From an uncultured delta proteobacterium (GTDB lineage Bacteria > Desulfobacterota > RBG-13-43-22), in the NCBI GenBank assembly GCA_963790475.1, contig CAWBOS010000010.1, positions 1,792,001-1,856,000 on the forward strand: 64,000 bases of DNA. The letters are read 5' to 3'. Below, in pieces: positions 50,580-60,145 of this stretch. The notes under the pieces are model-generated. The model saw only the letters and a program-made list of their open reading frames with translations, was not told the origin of the DNA and did not search any database. The translations under genes were made by a program, and so were the position numbers. Every line of letters begins with the position of its first letter. The first letter of the stretch is position 1.

Positions 50580-52871
50580 CTACACTTTCTGTATTTTTAC
50601 CCGGGTAGCCCAGGCCACATCCAGCCCGGTCAGGGGATCCGCCCAGGTATCCAACATGGGATAAGGATTGTCCCCTCGGTTCTTGAGCGTGGCATCATAA
50701 GCCTTGTGTCCCATCCCTAAGGGGACAAAAACGCACTCGGGTCTGGCCCCTTCAAAGAGATGGATTCGGGCCTTAATCTTTCCCTTGACCGACTTAATCT
50801 CGACCCGGTCCCCTTCCCTTAAGGATATAGCCTGGGCCGTATCGGGATGAATCTGGACTACCAGATTATTTCTTATCAAGGTTTCTTCCCCCAGATATTT
50901 GGTAAGAAAAGGCGGATTGGCCACATATCCGGATTGAAGCAGAAGCAATGATTGGGGAACCATCCAAAAAGGATACTCCTGGCCGGTTTGGGCTTTTTCC
51001 CGGGCCCCGGTCTGCAAGGTGGAAGGAGAAAAATCCCACTTCCTTTTTCCTTGCTCGCCCTTGTTCTCCGGGTGATACCAGGTCCCCTGGACCACTAATT
51101 GTTCCCGAAATTTATCAAAAGATTCAAAGGAGGCCGGAATGAATTTTCCGTCTTCCTTGGGCGGTTCATCGGTCAATCGACCTTTCTTGGAATCATAGAG
51201 ACCTTTGGCCGTCTGCTTGATTACCTGTTCCATATTTTCAAAAGGCAGGGCTTCCTGAACCGGCCCTCCCAAATCTTTGGCCAGATGCAGGAAGGTTTCT
51301 CCCAGGGATTGGGTGTCATGGAGGGGAGGAAAAATCGGTTTGGTCAAACCATATACAGGAAATGGGACCCCCAGACAATTATAGCTGTCATCCCAGCGCT
51401 CCAGAAAAGTCGGGGAGGGAAGAACCAGGTCGGCCAGGGAAGCGGTTTCGTCCATAAAGGGAGAAATACTAACGACAAAAGGAATCTGGTCTACAGCCTG
51501 GAGAATATTTTTTTCACCCAAGGTAAAAGCAGGATTGGCCTCGTTGATCAACAAGACATTAATGGGGTACGGTTTTTTTAGAATGGTATTGGCAAAAAAA
51601 CGGCCGGCCAATTGTCCGGTTTTCGGGTAGTCGGCGGAAAAGGCCCCATCCAATCTCGGCAGAGCAAGACCCTTTTTCGCGGTTTCATCCAACGTCAGTT
51701 TCGGCCAGCCGGCATAGGGGAACTCGGGTTGCAAATAAACACCCCCGGGGCGATTGATAGAACCGGCTAAGAGATTCAGGAGATGAACGGCCTGGGCCTC
51801 AAAGAAACTGACCGGCAATTCACCTTTGCCTTTCCCCCACAGGGCAACCGGTTGTTTGGCAGCGGAAAAATCCCTGGCCAGCTTAGTAATGGTTTCCTGG
51901 TTGAGGGTTGTTTCCTTAGCCACCTGATCCGGTGTATAGTTTTTATTCAGAAGCTCTTTTAATTTTTCCAGTCCGGACATCCTGGTCCGGATAAATTTCG
52001 TATCGATCCAGCCCTTCTCGATCATCACTTGGGCCAGACCTAAGGCCAGGACCCCTTCGCTTTTCGGTTTAATGGCTATCCACTCATCAGCCAAAGAGGC
52101 CGTCGTAGTGGCCATAGTGTCAATCTGGATCACTTTGGCCCTTCCCTGTTGAGGGTCGCGGCGCCATTCCTGAAAAGCCCGGCCTACCCAGCAAGGGTTT
52201 CCCCACCCATCCAGCAAAGCGCTGCCGAAACTCAAGACATACTGAGACCGGGGAAGGTCATAAGTTATCCGGGTTCGAACCCCGTGGATGGTTTGAGTAA
52301 GTACGGCCTCCAGATCGCTTAATTGAAAGGGTTGAATAAAATTGGGAGAACCATAAGCCTTCAAGAACCTGGCCGCCAATTGGGCCTGACTCCCCTCCCC
52401 CTCTCCATCCAATAAGGCTACGGTGTGCGACAAATTATTTTGTCTTAATTCTTTTAATTTTGAACTTAATTCCCTTAAAGCCACTTCCCGGGTAATGGGT
52501 TTCCATTTTCCTTCGCCTCGGTCTCCGATCCTCTTTAAAGGAGATTTAACCCTTATATCTTCCTGGTATAGATATTGAAGTCCGGCCAAACCTAAAGGAC
52601 ACAACCCACCCCGGTTAACCGGATGATTGGGATTGCCTTCGATCTTGACCGCCTTTTTCCCCTCGATTAATCTGACCCGGATCCCGCATCCTCCGGGGCA
52701 AAGTTTGCAGGTTGAAAAGACATAAGAGGTCCCGCCTTTATCAGGAATCGGGGCCCAGCGTTGGCTCCATTTGGCCACCTCATCCATGGATATCCAGGGC
52801 AACGGAGAAATAACCGTTCCCACTGCACCCCCGACAATAAACTTCAAAAAATCCCTACGGTCTATGGCCAT
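50580..52871 (-). CDS. qrcB: QrcB molybdopterin oxidoreductase-like subunit, Tat signal
   Basis: DRRDFLK, CKLCPGGC, GNPNHPVNRGGLC; position between cytochrome and FeS subunits. Confidence 0.9.
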   Translation of the reverse strand: MAIDRRDFLKFIVGGAVGTVISPLPWISMDEVAKWSQRWAPIPDKGGTSYVFSTCKLCPGGCGIRVRLIEGKKAVKIEGNPNHPVNRGGLCPLGLAGLQYLYQEDIRVKSPLKRIGDRGEGKWKPITREVALRELSSKLKELRQNNLSHTVALLDGEGEGSQAQLAARFLKAYGSPNFIQPFQLSDLEAVLTQTIHGVRTRITYDLPRSQYVLSFGSALLDGWGNPCWVGRAFQEWRRDPQQGRAKVIQIDTMATTTASLADEWIAIKPKSEGVLALGLAQVMIEKGWIDTKFIRTRMSGLEKLKELLNKNYTPDQVAKETTLNQETITKLARDFSAAKQPVALWGKGKGELPVSFFEAQAVHLLNLLAGSINRPGGVYLQPEFPYAGWPKLTLDETAKKGLALPRLDGAFSADYPKTGQLAGRFFANTILKKPYPINVLLINEANPAFTLGEKNILQAVDQIPFVVSISPFMDETASLADLVLPSPTFLERWDDSYNCLGVPFPVYGLTKPIFPPLHDTQSLGETFLHLAKDLGGPVQEALPFENMEQVIKQTAKGLYDSKKGRLTDEPPKEDGKFIPASFESFDKFREQLVVQGTWYHPENKGEQGKRKWDFSPSTLQTGAREKAQTGQEYPFWMVPQSLLLLQSGYVANPPFLTKYLGEETLIRNNLVVQIHPDTAQAISLREGDRVEIKSVKGKIKARIHLFEGARPECVFVPLGMGHKAYDATLKNRGDNPYPMLDTWADPLTGLDVAWATRVKIQKV

Positions 52872-52894
52872 CTCGAAAGACCTCTTCTATTAGT

Positions 52895-53520
52895 CACCAG
52901 ACCTCCGGCAAAGCCGGAGGCTTGAAATTGTGAACCGCTCAAAGCGGATTATTTATTGACCACCTGAGGGTGGTTCTTCATCGAACAAAAGGAGTTGATC
53001 GAGACGTTGATCTTCCTTTTCTTGAGTCTTTATATATAACCGTGTTTCATCTTCGTCTTTGCCCACGGTTGAAACAAAATAACCCCGAGCCCAAAAATTC
53101 TGGCCACTGAAATTCTTTCTTCGCCCCAAATAGGCTCGGGCTACTTGAATGGCGCTTTTGCCTTTGAGATACCCAACTACTTGCGAAACAGCATATTTCG
53201 GAGGTATCGAGATTAAAATGTGGACATGGTCCGGTTGTAAATGCCCTTCGATAATCGTACATTCACGCTGGATGGCCAAGTCCTTGAATAGCGCCCCTAA
53301 ATATTTTCGTACTTGCCCGTATAATTTTTTCTTCCGATACTTCGGTATCCAGACAATATGGTATTTGCATTCCCACTTCGTATGGGTTAAACTTTGTTCC
53401 TTTTTCATGGAAAGCCTCCTCCTCTGTAAACTTGAGCGGTTCACAGGTTGGAGGCTTTCTTATTCTCCCGGAATTGTCAAACTCTGGGAGTCCCCCGGCC
53501 GAGCCGGGGGTTTACCTAAA
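52895..53520 (-). mobile_element. IS200/IS605-family element (tnpA only); exact ends approximate
   Basis: Subterminal hairpins cctccggc-aaa-gccggagg (52902) and cccccggc-cga-gccggggg (53492). Confidence 0.88.
52953..53408 (-). CDS. tnpA: IS200 HUH Y1 transposase
   Basis: YHIVWIPKYR, DHVH, LKGKS, FWARGYFVSTVG, YIKTQ. Confidence 0.96.
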   Translation of the reverse strand: MKKEQSLTHTKWECKYHIVWIPKYRKKKLYGQVRKYLGALFKDLAIQRECTIIEGHLQPDHVHILISIPPKYAVSQVVGYLKGKSAIQVARAYLGRRKNFSGQNFWARGYFVSTVGKDEDETRLYIKTQEKEDQRLDQLLLFDEEPPSGGQ

Positions 53521-53586
53521 AGAAATTAAAATATAATTGAATAATAGTATTTTTATTTTTCATGGCCTTTTGGAAAAAGCTTTCAT

Positions 53587-53662
53587 AAATCCCTCCCAAC
53601 CTCCCTTTTCCAAAGGGAGGGGTAAAGCTTCCCCCATTGTAAAGGGGGATTGAGGGGGATTT
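53587..53662. repeat. REP-like palindrome
   Basis: aaatccctccc...aaagggggattgagggggattt, same family as 2317 and 63343. Confidence 0.75.
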
Positions 53663-53686
53663 GGATTTTTAATTTCAATTAGGTAA

Positions 53687-54253
53687 CTATTTATGACAAA
53701 CGAAACAAGCATTACTAGCACCTTTCTTCTCATGACAAGTCTCACAGGTTTTCATACTCATCACTTCAGGGGCATAACCGGAAATCCATTTAAAATGGTA
53801 AGGCGGATTTTTTTCCGTCTTACCGCCCACAGATTTATGACAGGCCGTGCACTCCAATTTTGCCATCTTGGTATGAGCAGCGTGAGAGAAAAAGACATTA
53901 TCCGGCTGTTGGGAATAGATGAGCCAGGGGATGTTCTTCCTTTCCTTTTTCAGCTTTTCGGCCAGTTTGATAAAATCGGCTTCCGCCTTCGAACTTCCAA
54001 TAGCCGACTCATGACATTCCAGGCATTTAGTCAGGTTTGGGACACCGGCAAAACTCCCATCCCCTCTGAAGGCATGACAATCCTGACAGGTCAAAGAGGC
54101 CTCTTGCCCATGTTTCAGATGACTGAAACGAACCGGCTGTTCTTTGTTGGAATGGATAAGCACGGGAAAAATAGCCCAGCCTAAAATGAGTGAGGCGATC
54201 ACCCCAATCCAAAAAAACATCCACTTGTTTTTTGTTTTACCTTCGTTTTTCAT
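53687..54253 (-). CDS. qrcA: QrcA membrane-anchored pentaheme cytochrome c
   Basis: N-terminal TM, QPVRFSH, five CxxCH motifs. Confidence 0.9.
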   Translation of the reverse strand: MKNEGKTKNKWMFFWIGVIASLILGWAIFPVLIHSNKEQPVRFSHLKHGQEASLTCQDCHAFRGDGSFAGVPNLTKCLECHESAIGSSKAEADFIKLAEKLKKERKNIPWLIYSQQPDNVFFSHAAHTKMAKLECTACHKSVGGKTEKNPPYHFKWISGYAPEVMSMKTCETCHEKKGASNACFVCHK

Positions 54254-54319
54254 ACGCCCCGCCTTGACCTGAATATCAACGAATAAACAGTGCAATCCTA
54301 TCGATTTTTCTTCTCTTTT

Positions 54320-54772
54320 TTATTTTTTGTCAAGTAAATATTTTTGATGTTTTTCAAAGGCATTCAAGATAACTCGTTCTGTTTCCTGGGGAAGATTCAT
54401 ACTATTCAGAGAGACAACCGGGAAAAATCCGGCATCCGCCGCATCACTTTGAGCTTTCAGTTGTCCGCCTTTCACCCTACACCAATAATCCAGTAAAACA
54501 TAATGGTAGAGAATTCTACCTTGTGGGTCGGGGATGATCCGTTCAAAGATCTCGACCAGATCGAGGACCTCGACCAGTATACCGGTTTCTTCCTCGATCT
54601 CCCGTTGGATGGCCGTCTTTACGGTTTCTCCAACATCAACCGCACCTCCGGGGATACTCCATTTACCAAACCCGGGTTCTTTTCCTCTTTTAACCAATAG
54701 GACCTTATCGTCCTGGAAAACAATCCCTCCCACTCCAACCCAGGGCCGATCCGGATAAGAACGTTCATTCAT
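54320..54772 (-). CDS. NUDIX hydrolase
   Basis: PGGAVDVGE...REIEEETG. Confidence 0.93.
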   Translation of the reverse strand: MNERSYPDRPWVGVGGIVFQDDKVLLVKRGKEPGFGKWSIPGGAVDVGETVKTAIQREIEEETGILVEVLDLVEIFERIIPDPQGRILYHYVLLDYWCRVKGGQLKAQSDAADAGFFPVVSLNSMNLPQETERVILNAFEKHQKYLLDKK

Positions 54773-55003
54773 GACCGCTCACCTGTTTTTTCTCTTGACT
54801 ATCCCTTCGAGTCTATTTTATATTCTTTATCATGCAGAAGCAATTGATTGTCAAATAACAAATAAAGAAAAATTCTCGAATATTTCCCTTCCAGCGCATC
54901 AACAGCAAATGCGATATCAATGGTCAAAGGCTTAAGTGTATTTTTTTGAAAGGGCTCGTTAAGAGGAACAAAAAATAAAAACACACTTACAAAGGGGGAT
55001 GAC

Positions 55004-56122
55004 ATGAAGAAGAAGAAAATGGAAGAATCAGGAATTAATCGAAGAAATTTTCTAAAGCTCTCTGCCGCCTTGGGGGCGGCCGCAACCTTGACTGGGGTTC
55101 CGGCTCTCACTGGCGAGGCTGCTTCCAAAAAGATGACTATCAAGCCCTTTAAGCAGGGGATGATCAACACCGCCTTGGGGCCCATCTCCCCGGACAAGTT
55201 GGGGACCACGTTGATGCATGAACATTTTGTCTTCGGCTATCCGGGCTGGTATGCCGATGATACCATTGCTCCTTTTGACTTTGGGAAGTATCTAAAAGAA
55301 GATCTCGGGGAGATAAAAACCGCCCAGAGTTACGGCATTAAGACCATCGTCGATGCCACACCCAATGACTGTGGGCGTCATCCGGAATTGTATATAGCCC
55401 TGGCCAAAAAAACGGGGCTCAACATTATCTGCTCCACGGGGTTGTATACCAATTCAGAGGGAGCCCCGGCCTATTTCACGACCAGGGCCTGGACGGGCGT
55501 GGATCTTCCCAAGATGATGTCCGAAATCTTTATTAAAGAGATTACCGAGGGCATCGGCAAAAGCGGAATGAGGGCTGGGGTCCTCAAGGTCGCCACCAGT
55601 CCCAAGATGACCCCCCATGAAGAAAATATGCACAAGGCCGCGGCGGTTACCCAGATGGCTACAGGGGTGCCGATCATTACCCACACCGAAGGTCCGCTTC
55701 CTGGAGTGGCCCAGGCCGAATTCCTTCTTAAGCAAGGCGCCGATCCTAAAAAGACCATGATCGGCCACGTCTCCAATTCCAAGGATATCGAATATCACAA
55801 GGCCATTCTGGCCAAGGGCGTCTATATTGCTTTCGACCGGATCGGCCTGGACATCATTACTCCCACGGAGGTCAACGTTAAGAATGTGGCCGATTTATGT
55901 AAATTGGGCTTTACCGAGAAGATCATGCTCTCCCACGACACGGTGAACTGGCTGGGCCGTCCGCCCATTTGGCCGGCGGAGGCCAAAGCGGGATTTGCCA
56001 ACTGGCGCATCGACCATATCTCCAAGGATGTTATTCCGGCCCTCAAAGCCCAGGGCGTAACCGATGAGCAGATAAAAGTCATGATGGTAGAGAATCCCAA
56101 AAGACTTTTCATGGGGGCTTAG
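55004..56122 (+). CDS. Phosphotriesterase/lactonase family protein with Tat signal
   Basis: NRRNFLK; MHEH, LKVA, THTE, IGH, SHD. Confidence 0.92.
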   Translation: MKKKKMEESGINRRNFLKLSAALGAAATLTGVPALTGEAASKKMTIKPFKQGMINTALGPISPDKLGTTLMHEHFVFGYPGWYADDTIAPFDFGKYLKEDLGEIKTAQSYGIKTIVDATPNDCGRHPELYIALAKKTGLNIICSTGLYTNSEGAPAYFTTRAWTGVDLPKMMSEIFIKEITEGIGKSGMRAGVLKVATSPKMTPHEENMHKAAAVTQMATGVPIITHTEGPLPGVAQAEFLLKQGADPKKTMIGHVSNSKDIEYHKAILAKGVYIAFDRIGLDIITPTEVNVKNVADLCKLGFTEKIMLSHDTVNWLGRPPIWPAEAKAGFANWRIDHISKDVIPALKAQGVTDEQIKVMMVENPKRLFMGA

Positions 56123-56243
56123 AATATCTATAATACCGGTCGTCGTTTAGCTTTCGGCGTTCGCAGTTCAACTAAAACAATTCTTAAGGTGGTGTATTGC
56201 CTGCCTCTGGCAGGAATGAAAATTGAGTAGGGACTTGCAAATC

Positions 56244-56305
56244 AGGGGATATCGGTTTCAAGACACCTAAAACTTGGAGAACCGGTATCCCCTTTTTTAT
56301 TTTTT
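56244..56305 (+). terminator. Probable intrinsic terminator
   Basis: aggggatatcggtt/aaccggtatcccct stem followed by a long T-tract. Confidence 0.65.
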
Positions 56306-56379
56306 GAAAAGACATAACTAAGAAGGAAAACCGGGGCTGGATTTATTTATAACTCTCAACCATAATAAAAAAATTCCCT

Positions 56380-57030
56380 TTACGGTTTACAGATACGGCA
56401 AGGGCTGTATCCTTGCCAATAAGCCTCTTTTTTTGACTGGAAAATAATCAGATTCTTAGGGGCAATATTTTCCCCTAAAGAGCAGTCCAGACGATGAAAC
56501 CTTCGGGTATGGACTTGTCCTCGATAGTTTTCATCGCTCTCTTTAAGGGCTTTGGTCCATATTCCCCGAAAATCCTTAATAGCCCCCCTTTGTAATTGCA
56601 GTAATTCATCGAATCGCTCCATCCAAGGTCCATGATACAAGACCTTCGCCAGACCTTGCCTTACCAGCTCTCCGTTGACGAACAACCCATTTTCCAAAAA
56701 GACATAGGCTAATAGCCGGTCATATCTATCCCGTCTTTCCGGACCATACACCAACCGGACTTCTTTTTTCAAAACCAGCCGGCGATTCAATTGCCTAGAC
56801 TCCTGGGCTAAAAATTCAGCTGGTTCTTTCCCCTCTCTTTCCGGGGCGTCAATCCCCAAATAGCGGACCCGTTGTCCACCGGAGATGATAATGGTGTCCC
56901 CATCGATCACCCCGTCCACACGAATCGAATCGGCGGAGAAGACTTGAAAGGGAAACAACCCGAAAGAAAGGAATAAGATTAAATAAATAGAAATGAGAGG
57001 AGGATATTTTTTCAAGTTTTTACAGACCAA
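56380..57030 (-). CDS. Thermonuclease (SNase) with C-terminal Ada-like metal-binding motif
   Basis: DGDTI, RYLGIDAPE, DRYDRLLAYV; FHRLDC...GYSPCRICKP; start uncertain. Confidence 0.9.
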   Translation of the reverse strand: MVCKNLKKYPPLISIYLILFLSFGLFPFQVFSADSIRVDGVIDGDTIIISGGQRVRYLGIDAPEREGKEPAEFLAQESRQLNRRLVLKKEVRLVYGPERRDRYDRLLAYVFLENGLFVNGELVRQGLAKVLYHGPWMERFDELLQLQRGAIKDFRGIWTKALKESDENYRGQVHTRRFHRLDCSLGENIAPKNLIIFQSKKEAYWQGYSPCRICKP

Positions 57031-57044
57031 ATAAAAAAAGTGAT

Positions 57045-57160
57045 ATCACCCCCACCCTAACCATCCCCCCTTGCGGCCGGCGACGAGCCCTTCGACAAGC
57101 TCTGGGCCTTGAGTATATCGAAAAGGCTCAGCCGAGCCGGGGAGGGGAGGGAGGGGGGTA
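57045..57160. repeat. Nested palindromic repeats
   Basis: cccccaccctaaccatccccc...ggggaggggagggaggggg enclosing cccttcgacaagctc...gag..tcgaa. Confidence 0.55.
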
Positions 57161-57177
57161 AACATAAATTAATGCGT

Positions 57178-58110
57178 CTATGCTATCTGGCCACGAAAGT
57201 AATCAATCGTCTGGCGAAGCCCTTCATCTACTTCTACTCGGGGCTTCCATTTCAGATATTTTTTGGCCAGAGAAATATCAGGTTTTCGTTGGACAGGATC
57301 ATCTTGAGGCAGAGGATTGTGAATAATCGCAGACTTAGAGCCGGTCAGGGCCTTCACTTTTTCGGCCAGAGCCAGGATGGTAAATTCTTTGGGGTTTCCC
57401 AAATTGACGGGTCCGATAGTCTCATCTTGTTCCATCATGGCGATCAACCCTCGAACCATATCGGAGATAAAACAAAAAGACCGGGTCTGCTGCCCTTGAC
57501 CGTAGACAGTCAGGGACTGACCCCGCAGGGCTTGAACAATAAAATTACTGACCACCCGGCCATCATTAACGGCCATCCGGGGACCATAGGTATTGAAGAT
57601 CCGGGCGATACGGATATCCACCCCATGCTGACGGTGATAGTCCATCATCAGGGTTTCGGCTACCCGTTTCCCTTCATCATAGCAGCCTCTGGGGCCGATA
57701 CAATTAACGTTTCCCCAGTAGGTTTCCTTTTGGGGATGAATCGATGGATCACCGTAAACCTCCGAGGTGGAGGCTTGGAGAATACGGGCCTTAACCCGTT
57801 TGGCCAGGCCCAGCATATTCAAAGTACCCATGACATTGGTCTTAACGGTTTTGACCGGATTGAACTGATAATGGACCGGAGAGGCAGGACAGGCCAGGTT
57901 GTATATCTCATCCACTTCCAAAGTGATAGGGTTGATGAGGTCATGCCGGATGATTTCAAAATGCGGATTGTCCCTGAGATGCAGGATATTTTCTTTGGCG
58001 CCGGTAAAAAAATTATCGATACACACCACATCATGTCCCCGGTTCAATAAGGTCTCACAAAGATGGCTGCCGATAAACCCGGCCCCTCCGGTAATCAGAA
58101 TTTTTTTCAT
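57178..58110 (-). CDS. UDP-glucuronate decarboxylase (UDP-xylose synthase) family
   Basis: [40 protein letters not shown]. Confidence 0.93.
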   Translation of the reverse strand: MKKILITGGAGFIGSHLCETLLNRGHDVVCIDNFFTGAKENILHLRDNPHFEIIRHDLINPITLEVDEIYNLACPASPVHYQFNPVKTVKTNVMGTLNMLGLAKRVKARILQASTSEVYGDPSIHPQKETYWGNVNCIGPRGCYDEGKRVAETLMMDYHRQHGVDIRIARIFNTYGPRMAVNDGRVVSNFIVQALRGQSLTVYGQGQQTRSFCFISDMVRGLIAMMEQDETIGPVNLGNPKEFTILALAEKVKALTGSKSAIIHNPLPQDDPVQRKPDISLAKKYLKWKPRVEVDEGLRQTIDYFRGQIA

Positions 58111-58256
58111 TTTAGCCCCCTTTTATTATAATTTCATGTAAGTTATGTCATGGGCTCTATTTTTTGTCAAGCCATGGTTCGATTTTTTTAAGCTTTACCC
58201 AAGACTTGTATTATGTTATTGAGATAAAAAAATGTTTTTTCAAAATGATGTTTAGG

Positions 58257-58613
58257 ATGGAGGGTGCTCTGGCTGGAAAAATTTTGTTTCCGGAGATGAT
58301 CGAGAAACTCCCGGATATCGGCATACCTTTTCACGGGGTCAGAGGAAAATTATTTCAGGGACAGGGGATGCAGGCTGTTTTTTTCACTACAGATGGCCCG
58401 GGGGAGATTCCAGTTCATCACCACCAGGCTCAATGGGGGGTCATGCTGGAGGGGGAAGTGGAATTAACCGTGGGGGGTAAAACACAAACCATCCGTCGCG
58501 GCGATTCCTATTACATCCCAACCGGGGCTATCCATTCCATACACGTCTTATCGCCGATGAAGGCTTTGGATTTTTTTGATGAACCAAGCCGATATAAACC
58601 TAAAACCAAATAA
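58257..58613 (+). CDS. Cupin domain protein
   Basis: PVHHH..QWGVMLEG, GDSYYIP..AIH; start uncertain. Confidence 0.85.
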   Translation: MEGALAGKILFPEMIEKLPDIGIPFHGVRGKLFQGQGMQAVFFTTDGPGEIPVHHHQAQWGVMLEGEVELTVGGKTQTIRRGDSYYIPTGAIHSIHVLSPMKALDFFDEPSRYKPKTK

Positions 58614-58632
58614 ATGAATTATGTAAGTTGCC

Positions 58633-58783
58633 GACTGATCGAAATCATTCAGATCTAAGGCGACTATTTTCCAAGGGGTTGAAAGTACAAAGAAACGCGC
58701 CGCAGTAACCCTGCCCCGGTGGAATCCGAAGGGGATGATGATAATTCCGCTTGGGGCGGGAAAGATGGGTGATTTCATCAGTC
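58633..58783. other. Self-complementary ~150-bp element (MITE or leader RNA)
   Basis: gactgatcgaaatcattc/gggtgatttcatcagtc ends; inner cctgccccggtggaat/attccgcttggggcggg hairpin. Confidence 0.55.
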
Positions 58784-58798
58784 TGTCAGGAGAAAAAA

Positions 58799-59980
58799 AT
58801 GGCCATCTCACAAAAGATAAAAGAAAAAATGGAAAAAGGCTCCTTTATTCGAAAAATGTTTGAGGAAGGGGATAAACTCAAGGCCAAACACGGCCAGGAA
58901 AACGTTTTTGATTTCAGTTTGGGGAACCCCAATCTGGATCCGCCCGAGAGAGTTAACCGGAGATTGATTGAAATCCTGAATCAGCCCGTTCCAGCCCTTC
59001 ACGGCTATATGTCCAATGCCGGGTATCCGGAAACCCGCAGGGCCGTGGCGGATTTCTTATCTCGGGAACATGGCTTGTCCTTTAAGGAACAGGATGTGGT
59101 TATGACCTGTGGGGCAGCAGGAGCCTTGAATGCCGTTTTAAAAGCCTTGATCGAGCCGGGAGAGGAAATTATCATTTTGGCCCCTTATTTCGTCGAGTAT
59201 CTTTTTTATACCGATAATGTCCAGGGAGTTCCCGTGGTGGTCCCCACCAGGCCGGATTTCTCACTCGATGTCAAGGCCATTGAGCAGGCTTTGACCACCA
59301 GGACTAAAGCCGTGTTGATTAATTCTCCAAACAATCCCACCGGAAAAGTCTATGATGAAAAATCCCTCAGGCAATTGGGGGACCTTTTAAACCGGATCAA
59401 TCGAGAACAGGGGCAGGTGATTTATTTGCTTGGCGACGAACCTTATCGGAAAATCGTTTATGATCAAATCCAGGTGCCCAGCATCTTTCAGGCCTGCCGG
59501 CAAAGCATCAGTGTCACCTCTTATTCCAAAGACCTTTCCCTGCCGGGAGAACGAATCGGTTATCTGGCGGTCCATCCCCAGATCTCTGAGAAAGAAGAAT
59601 TGCTGGCCGCCTGCTCCTTTACCAACCGCATCCTGGGCTTTGTCAACGCCCCGGCCCTGATGCAGCGGCTTCTACCAGAGGTTCAAGGTTTAACCGTAGA
59701 CGTTAAAAAATACAGAAAAAAAAGGGATATTTTCTATCGGGGCCTTTCTCAGATAGGTTATCAACTCACCAAACCTGAGGGGGCCTTTTATCTTTTTCCC
59801 CGTTCTCCCATCCCGGATGACGTTGCTTTTGTTCAGGCCCTGCAGGAAGAATTGATTCTTGTCGTACCAGGTATGGGTTTTGGAGCCCCGGGTTACTTCC
59901 GGATTGCTTATTGCTCTCCGGATGCCACTATCGAAAAATCATTGGCCGGGTTTGAAAAAGTATTCAAAAAATTTTCTTAG
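58799..59980 (+). CDS. Class I/II PLP aminotransferase (aspartate aminotransferase-like)
   Basis: FSLGNP, NSPNNPTG, DEPY, SYSKDLSLPGERIG. Confidence 0.93.
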   Translation: MAISQKIKEKMEKGSFIRKMFEEGDKLKAKHGQENVFDFSLGNPNLDPPERVNRRLIEILNQPVPALHGYMSNAGYPETRRAVADFLSREHGLSFKEQDVVMTCGAAGALNAVLKALIEPGEEIIILAPYFVEYLFYTDNVQGVPVVVPTRPDFSLDVKAIEQALTTRTKAVLINSPNNPTGKVYDEKSLRQLGDLLNRINREQGQVIYLLGDEPYRKIVYDQIQVPSIFQACRQSISVTSYSKDLSLPGERIGYLAVHPQISEKEELLAACSFTNRILGFVNAPALMQRLLPEVQGLTVDVKKYRKKRDIFYRGLSQIGYQLTKPEGAFYLFPRSPIPDDVAFVQALQEELILVVPGMGFGAPGYFRIAYCSPDATIEKSLAGFEKVFKKFS

Positions 59981-60145
59981 AAAAATTGACGAAAACGGGT
60001 CACGAGAGAGAACAGACGAAATAAATATCAAACAAAGTCTACCTTTAGCTTATCATCTGATGGTTTATAAAAATATTACAATTAGTTGTTTTAGCATTAA
60101 AATCATCCGCTATCCTCCCTTTGATAAGGGGGAGGACAGGGGAAC

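Noticed and set aside
52953-53520. IS200/605 element as an RNA-guided TnpB/IscB system
   Set aside because: Only tnpA is present; there is no room for a nuclease gene between the hairpins
57109-58050. 313-aa plus-strand ORF
   Set aside because: Antisense shadow of the UDP-glucuronate decarboxylase gene
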